From: an uncultured Thermodesulfobacteriota bacterium
GTDB lineage: Bacteria > Desulfobacterota > WTBG01 > CAIYCZ01
NCBI GenBank assembly: GCA_964594075.1
Contig: CAZQKW010000009.1
Location: forward strand, 11,912 to 75,911
Direction of reading: 5' to 3'
DNA: 64,000 bases
The notes under the pieces were generated by a model. It was not told the origin of the DNA. It saw nothing but the letters and a program-made list of their open reading frames with translations, and did no database searches. Position numbers and translations under genes: made by a program. Below, in pieces: positions 20,480 to 28,367 of this stretch. Positions within the stretch are counted from its first letter, which is position 1; every line of letters begins with the position of its first letter.

Positions 20480-21070
20480 TTACGCTTTTGCCAGGAAGTG
20501 TTCTTCTACCAGAGCACAGAGAATATGACCGGCACATAAATGCACCTCTTGAATTTTCGCAGTATCCTGCAAAAAAACGGTCAGGCACAGGTCTGTTGTC
20601 TTTGCGATCGCACCGCCATCACGCCCGGAGAACGCAATAGTCATGAGGCCCATGGCGCGCGCTTGATTGCAAGCGTTGATTAAATTTCGCGAGGTGCCGC
20701 TGGTGGTCAAGCACCAGGAAACGTCCCCCTTGGTGCCAAGTGCCTCTATCTGGCGAGAAAATATATCGTCAAAGGAAAGGTCATTGCCAATGCTGGTTAA
20801 AACCGAGCTGTCGGTATTGATGGCAATGGCCGGCAACGGCTTGCGGTATGCAGCAAGCTTGTTAACCAATTCTGCCGCGAAATGCTGTGCATGCGCCGCA
20901 CTTCCCCCGTTGCCAAAAATAAGCAGTTTGCCACCCCGTTCAAAACAGGAAATAAGTTCATGAGCCATCTGCGAAATTACATCACAATTTTCTTTGCCAC
21001 AGGCAAAAACAGCTTGGGACGTTTCGGCAAACAGCCGCAAAATCTTTTCCTTCACCGTGAATATCTCCAA
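20480..21070 (-). CDS. gmhA: SIS-domain phosphoheptose isomerase (GmhA/DiaA-like); TTG start
   Basis: Collinear with GmhA over its length (FGNGGSAAHAQHFAAEL..., TTSGTSRN). Confidence 0.65.
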   Translation of the reverse strand: MEIFTVKEKILRLFAETSQAVFACGKENCDVISQMAHELISCFERGGKLLIFGNGGSAAHAQHFAAELVNKLAAYRKPLPAIAINTDSSVLTSIGNDLSFDDIFSRQIEALGTKGDVSWCLTTSGTSRNLINACNQARAMGLMTIAFSGRDGGAIAKTTDLCLTVFLQDTAKIQEVHLCAGHILCALVEEHFLAKA

Positions 21071-21447
21071 AATTTAATCTGGCAGTAATCTTATAAGTCG
21101 CCGGAAATAGTGTCAAGAATAATTATCCAAGCGGCCTTTGGCCTGAAGAAAACCTCGCCGCCCGCCACGGGAACAGAGCGTGTGGCACCGCACAATTCAC
21201 CAAAAAAATGATTTTTTAGGAATCCATTTAATCTGTCCGACAGCAATGTCAGCAAGGATCAAGAAATGATGGGGATGGCAGGGTTAATTAATAATTACAA
21301 CAGGGGTATGAAAACCGGCATAAAAAGAAGTCTGGTATGCTCTGTATTATTTTTTTGGATCACCGCAAAACGATTCGGCATCAAGTTGCTCAAGAGGGCA
21401 ACTTTGTTAAGCAACACCTCCGGCAAGGTGGCCAGAGGTGTTTGGTG

Positions 21448-21690
21448 TCACAGTTCAGTATCTTGAGCCGTGCCCTCTTCTTCGGCAAGTCTTTTTCTGC
21501 TCTTTTCGTCAAGTCGCACCTTGCCTGCTGCAATTTCCCGTAAGGCAATGACAACTAATTTATTATCGGGAGCATTAACCAGCGGTTTTGATCCTTTAAG
21601 AAGCTGTTTGAGACGCTGGTTTGCCATGTGAACAATCACAAACCGGTTGTTAACTCTTTTGAGACAATCTTCAATAGTTATTCGTGCCAT
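21448..21690 (-). CDS. rpoZ: DNA-directed RNA polymerase subunit omega
   Basis: [30 protein letters not shown] typical RpoZ N-terminus. Confidence 0.8.
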   Translation of the reverse strand: MARITIEDCLKRVNNRFVIVHMANQRLKQLLKGSKPLVNAPDNKLVVIALREIAAGKVRLDEKSRKRLAEEEGTAQDTEL

Positions 21691-21867
21691 ACTTTATTAA
21701 ATAACCTCCAAAAAACATTTACCAAAAAACCCCCAATACCCAATAAATTGTGTTTTTGTTGTCTTTCAACTGCACAGGAATGGAAGGCAAACCACCAGGT
21801 GCAAAATTAAAGAATTTATTTGCAGCATGATATAGCAATAATTAAACATTATCGCAAGCTAAATATT

Positions 21868-22056
21868 CTTCAGGACTTTCCCAAAAAATGTCTTATTGAT
21901 GGGGAAAAGAAGCGTCTGGGGTTTTTCTCTGCACCAACAATGTGCAAGGTGCTCATTAGTTGGTATCACGACCCCAAACTGTGTCTATCCTGCCGTGGGC
22001 AGGCAGCCAGTTGCGCCGTCGCCACCGGTGAGGTACGGGGGGGGACTGTGGTTACA
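21868..22056 (+). mobile_element. 5'-fragment (~190 nt) of a MITE-like element (copy A), beginning with the terminal repeat TTCAGGACTTT
   Basis: Collinear similarity to 23537..~23700 (e.g. cttcaggactttcccaaaaaatg... / gtctggggtttttctctgcaccaacaatgtgca... / ggcaggcagccag); ends where the dsbA-like gene 3' end begins. Confidence 0.5.
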
Positions 22057-22650
22057 TTAACCAAACTGCTGAATTGTTTCCCGAAAAACGGCGAACGGCT
22101 GGGCACCAACAATCACTTGGTGTTCGTTTATGACAAAGGTTGGCACGCAGCTAACATTATACCTGCGGCCGGCTTCTTGTGCTGCCCTGAGCCGTGGCGC
22201 ATAGCGCCCCTGACGCAGCGCATCCTGCAGTTCCTTAACGTCAAGCCCTGATGCAGCAGCAAGATCCTGTATTACATCGCTTTTGCCAATATCCCGTGCT
22301 TCAGTAAAGTAAGCTTGAAAAACTTTTGCAGAGAAAAAATCATATTTTCCCTGATCGCGCGCATATTCACTTGCTTCCAGTGCCATGCGGGAATTAGAAA
22401 GCACGGTCACCGTACCAAAGGCAATATTATAGGGCGCTCCCAGACGGCGGAGGTTATCATATGTGCGTTCCCAGTCAACTTCGGGAAGCCGCACTGCAAG
22501 AGGAACTCCTTCCGAAGGCGTTTCCGGATGAATTTCAAAGCTGATCCATTCATCTACAACCGGGAATTCCTTTTTCAGCGTATCGACAATACCCTTGCCG
22601 ATGTAGCAGAAGGGTCAAATGTAGTCTGAAAAAATTTTAACTGGTATCAC
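22057..22650 (-). CDS. DsbA/FrnE-like thiol-disulfide oxidoreductase, candidate selenoprotein (in-frame TGA at 22615..22617 read as Sec; GTG start at 22650)
   Basis: Listed ORF 22057..22494 is the C-terminal DsbA-like part; upstream in the same frame is GTG-IPVKIFSDYI-TGA-PFCYIGKG, i.e. the FrnE N-terminus (cf. MKIEIWSDVVCPWCYIGK) with TGA at the first Cys of CxxC; AGGGA before the GTG; tRNA-Sec present in window. Confidence 0.6.
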
Positions 22651-22865
22651 AGTCCCTGCTGTTCCCCGTTTATCTTTTTTCTGTACTTTTTAAAAAGTGC
22701 TTGTAGATTCTTTTCCGAGTCATGGACGGCGTTCTCATGGTCGGTCAACAACAGACGCATAATTTCTTCCGGCGGAATGTCTTTGCACTGGCCTATTAAT
22801 TCCTCAATGCGCTTCTCAATCTTGCGCCACAGGCAACTAACCGCGGTTGTATTCTTTTCATCCAT
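22647..22865 (-). CDS. hypothetical 72-aa protein translationally coupled (GTGA) to the DsbA-like gene
   Basis: Stop TGA overlaps the GTG start of the downstream dsbA-like gene; no recognisable domain. Confidence 0.35.
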   Translation of the reverse strand: MDEKNTTAVSCLWRKIEKRIEELIGQCKDIPPEEIMRLLLTDHENAVHDSEKNLQALFKKYRKKINGEQQGL

Positions 22866-23142
22866 GAGAAATGTTCACCTTTTATCTTTTATTAATGGCA
22901 TTACACAGCTTGTAACATAAAATAAAAAAGATAAAATTTGAAACTAAAAATCCCAAACCCTTGTGTAAACTCAATGGATTTGGGAGGGAGGTATTGTATG
23001 TTTCCTGCGCATCCGCTGCAAACGCAGAAAGATCCCGCTGTTAGGTTTTTATTCAGACAATAAATACCAGAAGGCTTAATAAAAAGATAGAGGGAAAAGA
23101 TTGAGGGGCAGCCATACAAGAATATTGTTGCACATCTTTCTA

Positions 23143-23433
23143 TCAGACTTCTTTTGTTATTTTAAGAAACTCTTCAATTGGTATTGCCTGCATTGATTCT
23201 GCAGATATTCTTCCTGACGAGCATATTTTGAGAATAGTAGCGGTAAAAGCGCTTTTGTCCGGCATCTCCATAATGGTCATCACATCATACTCACCGATTA
23301 AGCCATAAATACAAAGCAATTTCCCACCGTGAGATTCGATAATTTTTTTGACTGCCTCAAATCGTGAGGCAGTGTTGCGAATATCCATTAGACCATCTCT
23401 GGTATATTTCCAGAGGGTAATGTAAACGGGCAT
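23143..23433 (-). CDS. GYD-domain protein
   Basis: ~96 aa with GEYDVMTIMEMPD motif characteristic of the GYD family. Confidence 0.7.
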   Translation of the reverse strand: MPVYITLWKYTRDGLMDIRNTASRFEAVKKIIESHGGKLLCIYGLIGEYDVMTIMEMPDKSAFTATILKICSSGRISAESMQAIPIEEFLKITKEV

Positions 23434-23536
23434 AGCAACTCCCCTCCTTTCCCTTTAGAACTCTGGCCGCCCCCAATCATGCGGCAAACCCAAGTATAAA
23501 GTAGCATATTATGGCGCACAAATTCAAGAGAAGTTT

Positions 23537-23888
23537 AATTCAGGACTTTACCTAAAATGCTTTATTCCCGGGAATAAAGAACGGTCTGGAGGTTTTTATC
23601 AGCCACAACAATGCACGCATCCGCTGGCATCACGACCCCGGCACCGCGCATATTCGGCCCCGTGCAGGCAGCCAGCAGAGTCTTCGTCCCTGGTGATGCA
23701 CGGGGGTCTGGGGACGAAAGAACATAACGGCCCCTGCCGTGTTCCCGGCACGGACGGTTATGTTGTGGTCATAAGAGACCCCTCAGATGCGTGTGAGTTG
23801 ATGTTCCACATAATACCCATTGCGCGTTTGTGTTCTCATGCGGGTTGCCTGAATTTCAGTTTTCATTTTTTGACGAAAGTCCTGAATT
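23537..23888 (+). mobile_element. MITE-like non-autonomous element (copy B, intact) with 13-bp perfect terminal inverted repeats AATTCAGGACTTT / AAAGTCCTGAATT
   Basis: TIRs at 23537..23549 and 23876..23888; internal region shared with 21868..22056 (5' part) and reverse-complement of ~43060..43420 (3' part); internal hairpins 23682..23719 and 23721..23766. Confidence 0.6.
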
Positions 23889-24013
23889 TTGGTTAAAGTG
23901 GATTTTAATATCCATAGTTTTGTGGTAAAGGTTATCAACCATTAATACATAACCACAGAATGTTTTGTTGGCAGCACAACAACCAATCTATCCAGGAATT
24001 TAGGAGTTATGCG

Positions 24014-26032
24014 ATGAATCAAAAACAAGCCCCTATGGAACAGCTCTGTATCAATACTATTCGCACTCTTGCAATGGATGCTGTGCAAAAAGCACATTCA
24101 GGCCACCCTGGCACTGCTATGGCATTAGCACCACTGGCCTATGTATTGTGGATGAAATTTCTCCATTTCAATCCGCGCAATCCGTCCTGGTTCAACCGGG
24201 ACCGGTTTGTGCTCTCATGCGGCCATGCTTCAATACTTAACTATATTATGCTCTTTTTAACAGGCTATGACTTGAGCATTGATGATATTAAAAATTTCCG
24301 CCAATGGGGCAGTAAAACTCCCGGCCATCCGGAATTCGGGGTTACTCCCGGGATAGAAACCACAACGGGGCCGTTAGGGCAGGGCTTAATGAATGCCGTA
24401 GGCATGGCAATGGCAGAAGCACGTCTTGCCGCAATTTTCAACCGTCCTGGATATGAGGTTGTTGACCACTTTACCTATGGATTTTGCAGCGACGGGGACT
24501 TGATGGAAGGCGCTTCCCATGAGGCTGCATCAATTGCCGGCCATTTCGGTTTAGGCAAGCTGATTTTTATCTATGATGATAACCGCATAACCATTGAAGG
24601 AGAGACAGCGCTTACCTATTCTGATGACGTATGCAAGCGGTTTGAAAGTTATCACTGGCACGTGCAGAATATCGGCGATCGGGCAAATGATTTGGCGGCG
24701 CTTTCGGCTGCGCTGATCGAGGCACAAAAAGAACAGAACCGTCCATCGCTTATTATTGTGCGCTCGCACATCGGCTACGGGTCGCCAAACTTCCAGGACA
24801 CCAAGGAGGCACACGGCCAGCCACTGGGTGAAGAAGAGGTAAAACTAACCAAAAAGCATTATGGTTGGCCTGAAGAGGCTTATTTTTATATACCGGAAGG
24901 CGTTCTCCAGCACATGTCTCAACCAGGACAGCGCGGTGCACAGCTTGAAGCTGCATGGCGCGAAACCCTGACTCGCTACCGCCAGGCATATCCCGAGCTT
25001 GCTGAGCAGTTTGAAGCCACGTTGCGTGGCGACCTTCCGGATGGATGGGATCATGAAATGCCGGTGTTTACCCCGGACAGCAAATCAATAGCCACCCGCA
25101 GCGCCTCAGGAAAAGTCCTTAATGCCATAGCAAAAAAAGTTCCTTGGCTTATGGGCGGGAGCGCAGACCTTGGCCCTTCAACGAATACAATTATTTCTAA
25201 CCACGGATATTTTGCCAGAGATAATTATGCCAGCCCAAACATTGCCTGGGGTATTCGGGAGCACGCCATGTGCAGTTGCTCTTCCGGCATGGCGCTGCAT
25301 GGAGGTGTGCGTCCTTACGCAGCCACTTTCTTTGTTTTCACTGACTATGCCCGGCCGGCAATCAGGCTTGCTGCCATGATGCATTTGCCGGTTATTTATG
25401 TAATGACCCATGACTCAATTGGGCTGGGAGAGGATGGCCCCACCCATCAGCCGGTTGAACATCTCGCTTCATTTCGCGCCATGCCCGGCATCTGTGTTAT
25501 CCGGCCGGCTGATGCCAATGAAGTTATCTTTGCCTGGCGTGCAGCAATGGAGCGCACCGGCGGCCCGACTATGCTCGTCCTCAGCAGGCAGAATCTCCCC
25601 ATCCTTGACCGATCAAAACTCTCCGGGGCAGAAGGAGTGCTTAAAGGAGCATACATTTTATCCAAGGAGAATGCGGGGCAACCGGATATTATACTTATCG
25701 CTTCCGGGTCGGAAGTGCATCTGGTACTGCAAGCACAGGAGCAGCTTTTGCTCGATAGGATTAATGCCCGTGTGGTCAGCATGGCAAGCTGGGAGCTATT
25801 TAGAGAACAGCCGCAGAACTACCGCGATGAAGTGCTTCCTCCGAAAATAAAGGCACGGCTTGCAGTAGAAGCAGGATCACCGCTTGGCTGGCGCGACTGG
25901 GTTGGTGATACCGGCGACATCATTGGCATAACACGATTTGGCGCCAGCGCTCCGGCAAAGGAGCTGTTCAGCAAGTATGGCTTCACCGTGGAGCATATTG
26001 TGGCGCGGGCGAAGCAAATTGTTACCAAATGA
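24014..26032 (+). CDS. tkt: transketolase (start at ATG 24014, AGGAG RBS)
   Basis: TPP-binding motifs (GHPE/GHPG..., GDGDLMEG), 673 aa. Confidence 0.9.
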   Translation: MNQKQAPMEQLCINTIRTLAMDAVQKAHSGHPGTAMALAPLAYVLWMKFLHFNPRNPSWFNRDRFVLSCGHASILNYIMLFLTGYDLSIDDIKNFRQWGSKTPGHPEFGVTPGIETTTGPLGQGLMNAVGMAMAEARLAAIFNRPGYEVVDHFTYGFCSDGDLMEGASHEAASIAGHFGLGKLIFIYDDNRITIEGETALTYSDDVCKRFESYHWHVQNIGDRANDLAALSAALIEAQKEQNRPSLIIVRSHIGYGSPNFQDTKEAHGQPLGEEEVKLTKKHYGWPEEAYFYIPEGVLQHMSQPGQRGAQLEAAWRETLTRYRQAYPELAEQFEATLRGDLPDGWDHEMPVFTPDSKSIATRSASGKVLNAIAKKVPWLMGGSADLGPSTNTIISNHGYFARDNYASPNIAWGIREHAMCSCSSGMALHGGVRPYAATFFVFTDYARPAIRLAAMMHLPVIYVMTHDSIGLGEDGPTHQPVEHLASFRAMPGICVIRPADANEVIFAWRAAMERTGGPTMLVLSRQNLPILDRSKLSGAEGVLKGAYILSKENAGQPDIILIASGSEVHLVLQAQEQLLLDRINARVVSMASWELFREQPQNYRDEVLPPKIKARLAVEAGSPLGWRDWVGDTGDIIGITRFGASAPAKELFSKYGFTVEHIVARAKQIVTK

Positions 26033-26388
26033 AGAGGGGCTGAGGGTATTGTTTAGTGATCCTCTTTGGTTAAAAGGTTTTTTTAAAAGAGATTTTTTCA
26101 GCGCCCCAAAGGATGTCCGTTATTGATTCCTCTCATGCTGCTTAAAAAAGTAAACCTGCGCTATACCTCTCTTTAAACCTTTAGCAAAGCGATTCAAGCC
26201 ACATTAGAGGAAATAGGCTGCCGATTCATAACATAAATTTCAAATATTTTATCTGAGAGTGCATTATAGTTACAAAAACCGATGTCAGCAGCTGCTCGAA
26301 ATAACGGAACTATATTTAACTTATTGAAATTGCTTTATTTATTTTCAAATAAGGCTTAACCTATTGAAATTTAATTATAATTTTTTAT

Positions 26389-26417
26389 TTGACATGCACC
26401 ATAAACTTTCCTATACT
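26389..26417 (+). promoter_or_regulatory. near-consensus sigma70-type promoter TTGACA-N17-TATACT
   Basis: TTGACA 26389..26394, 17-nt spacer, TATACT 26412..26417; ~295 nt upstream of the NlpC/P60 gene. Confidence 0.45.
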
Positions 26418-26600
26418 CCGTCCAGACCGAAGCCGGGGGGCAGCAGTCTACCATTTTTAGTTTTCATGTAGAACACCTTCTCACATTGACCAAACGTCTG
26501 TATATAGTGGCACTTCTGCTACTGAGACCCAGGTTGAGCTAAACAAAAACTAAATGCAACAGCCGTGCACAATGGTTGCTACATCTCTCAGCCATTGAGC

Positions 26601-26642
26601 TTGTGCAAAAATATCCAGAATATGGATACATTTTTGCATAAA
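26601..26642. promoter_or_regulatory. ~17-bp imperfect palindrome TTGTGCAAAAATATCCA-gaa-TATGGATACATTTTTGCATAA; candidate operator just upstream of NlpC/P60 gene
   Basis: Inverted repeat seen directly; cognate regulator unknown. Confidence 0.3.
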
Positions 26643-26712
26643 AATGAAGGATTCAGGCTGTTTAACTGACTGTGGAGAGGCTATGTTTCCATCAGATAAC
26701 AGAAAAAACGAG

Positions 26713-27972
26713 ATGTTTGTTGGTCGCTCAATACATCGCACTATTCATATCATTCTTGTCATAATCATTACGTTCTGCACTCATAGTGTTTACGGAAAAA
26801 CAAGGGTCGCTTCTTCCCGGAAGAAATCGGGCATCCCGGTCTCTATTCAGCACCAGCGATTGCTCCAAAACGAGATGAAGAAATACCTTGGAACGCCCTA
26901 CGAACTGGGCGGTACCGGCTTAGATGGCATTGACTGCTCTGGCTTTGCACGGCGAATTTATAAAGATGTGTATGGCGTCAATCTCCCCCATAATGCGGCG
27001 TCACAGTCAAAATGTCCGCCCTCGGTGCTGAAAAAAGTGCCGTTAGAAAACCTGAATCCGGGCGATCTTATTTTTTTCTCATCTTCCCCTCGAAACAAAC
27101 AGCGGATAACACATGTAGGCCTTTATCTTTCAGATGGCGAATTTATCCATGCTTCCCGTGGAAAAAAAAGTGTCGTTATTTCAAGCCTGAATGAGGGTCA
27201 TTGGCGTTCAAAGATAGTTTCAACCAAAAGGCTATCACGTCTTGATCCGTGGGATGAATGGCAGGCAGAACGTTCAAGCAACATATCTCTGGCAGCTAAT
27301 AAGAAAAATAGGCTTAGACTTTCATATAAGAAAACCGCCAAACCCTCGCCGACTACTGAACCCAGTAAATACGCCGCTATTTATTACCGTGATCAGTTTC
27401 ACGATTTAGACCTTCAATACACCAGAACATTATGGGATAACACCTGGAATGTCACTATGAGCATGTTTCAGCAGCAGGCGCTCATAGGTGATGGCAGGAT
27501 GTTCTCAAACCCTTATCCGGTGCCAACGGGACAACTGGTATGTGACGGGCACTTTACGTCTGCGTACAACCGAGGCTTTAGAATGAGTAGTGACTTTAGA
27601 CCGGTTAACTGGCTTAACATAATGCCTTCAATAACGTATTTTAATCATGGTCCGGCAATACAGAACAGGGAACTCCCCCGCCGCGTCATGGGCGTTGATA
27701 TAGACCTTATTTCTCAAGACAGTACGTGGTCATTGTCCACGGGAGTCCAGTATGCGGATCTCAAGCAGCCCAGCATTTCTGTGGTGAATTACCGTAAAAA
27801 TGATATTAATGAACTCGATATGTCATTAAGATATCGCCAGCAGGTAAACGATCGCCTGAATATAACGGTAATTGGGCAGCGTATTCAACAATCAAGCTCA
27901 GGTATTGAACAGTATCTGGATAATGAACGGACAGATCAAAGCATTTCTTTCCGCCTGAATTTTGTCTACTAA
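26713..27972 (+). CDS. NlpC/P60 (C40) peptidase fused to C-terminal putative outer-membrane beta-barrel (autotransporter-like); start at internal ATG with signal peptide
   Basis: Signal peptide IHIILVIIITFCTHSVYG; NlpC/P60 catalytic Cys (GIDCSGFARRIY) and His (ITHVGLY); C-terminal ~250 aa with alternating hydrophobic pattern ending ...RLNFVY (aromatic C-terminus typical of OMP barrels). Confidence 0.55.
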   Translation: MFVGRSIHRTIHIILVIIITFCTHSVYGKTRVASSRKKSGIPVSIQHQRLLQNEMKKYLGTPYELGGTGLDGIDCSGFARRIYKDVYGVNLPHNAASQSKCPPSVLKKVPLENLNPGDLIFFSSSPRNKQRITHVGLYLSDGEFIHASRGKKSVVISSLNEGHWRSKIVSTKRLSRLDPWDEWQAERSSNISLAANKKNRLRLSYKKTAKPSPTTEPSKYAAIYYRDQFHDLDLQYTRTLWDNTWNVTMSMFQQQALIGDGRMFSNPYPVPTGQLVCDGHFTSAYNRGFRMSSDFRPVNWLNIMPSITYFNHGPAIQNRELPRRVMGVDIDLISQDSTWSLSTGVQYADLKQPSISVVNYRKNDINELDMSLRYRQQVNDRLNITVIGQRIQQSSSGIEQYLDNERTDQSISFRLNFVY

Positions 27973-28145
27973 TAACCTCATTTCACGATTGCATGTGACA
28001 AAGCAATACCACGGAGATGGGCCGCATGCGTGCCAGCCGCCGTGGTTTTGCTGAAATGCTGAACTATCAGGCGTTCCGCACATTACCCGTGAAAATAAGC
28101 CTGCCTGATAAAGACAACCCCCCCTTTGACGCTGCTTACACGGAA

Positions 28146-28161
28146 ACACTATTTCTTGTGA
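28146..28161. promoter_or_regulatory. possible NrdR box ACACTATTTCTTGTGA upstream of nrdJ
   Basis: 13/16 match by eye to the NrdR-box consensus acaCwAtATaTwGtgt; no clear second box at the expected helical spacing. Confidence 0.2.
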
Positions 28162-28367
28162 GACTTGTGTCGCAAAAATCCCTTGTGAAAAAGTAATAAT
28201 TGCAATAATAAATATTGCTATATCCATTAATTGTCGGTTGTGCTGGTTTACCTCGACTTTTCTTCCGTGAGGTGCACATAGTCTATTGAGGTTTGGAGCG
28301 TGCGGGTGCAAGGATTCAGGTATTATGGTGAACATTATACAGCATTAATCTCACCCAAGGGGTAATC

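Noticed and set aside
21820-22251. 143-aa plus-strand ORF
   Set aside because: Lies across MITE fragment copy A and antisense to the dsbA-like coding region; no motif; most likely spurious
23693-23896. 67-aa ORF inside MITE copy B, and 77-aa ORF 43094..43327 inside copy C, sharing the peptide TKEHNGxCRVPGTDG
   Set aside because: Conservation is explained by nucleotide-level repeat identity; substitutions between copies are compensatory in hairpin stems (favouring RNA/DNA structure) and the two ORFs diverge completely outside the shared nucleotide block
28000-28367. Cobalamin riboswitch upstream of the B12-dependent RNR nrdJ
   Set aside because: Scanned the leader by eye for a B12-box-like core (…GCCACTG…) and the characteristic GC-rich multi-stem aptamer; nothing resembling it is present, and class II RNRs are more commonly NrdR-regulated
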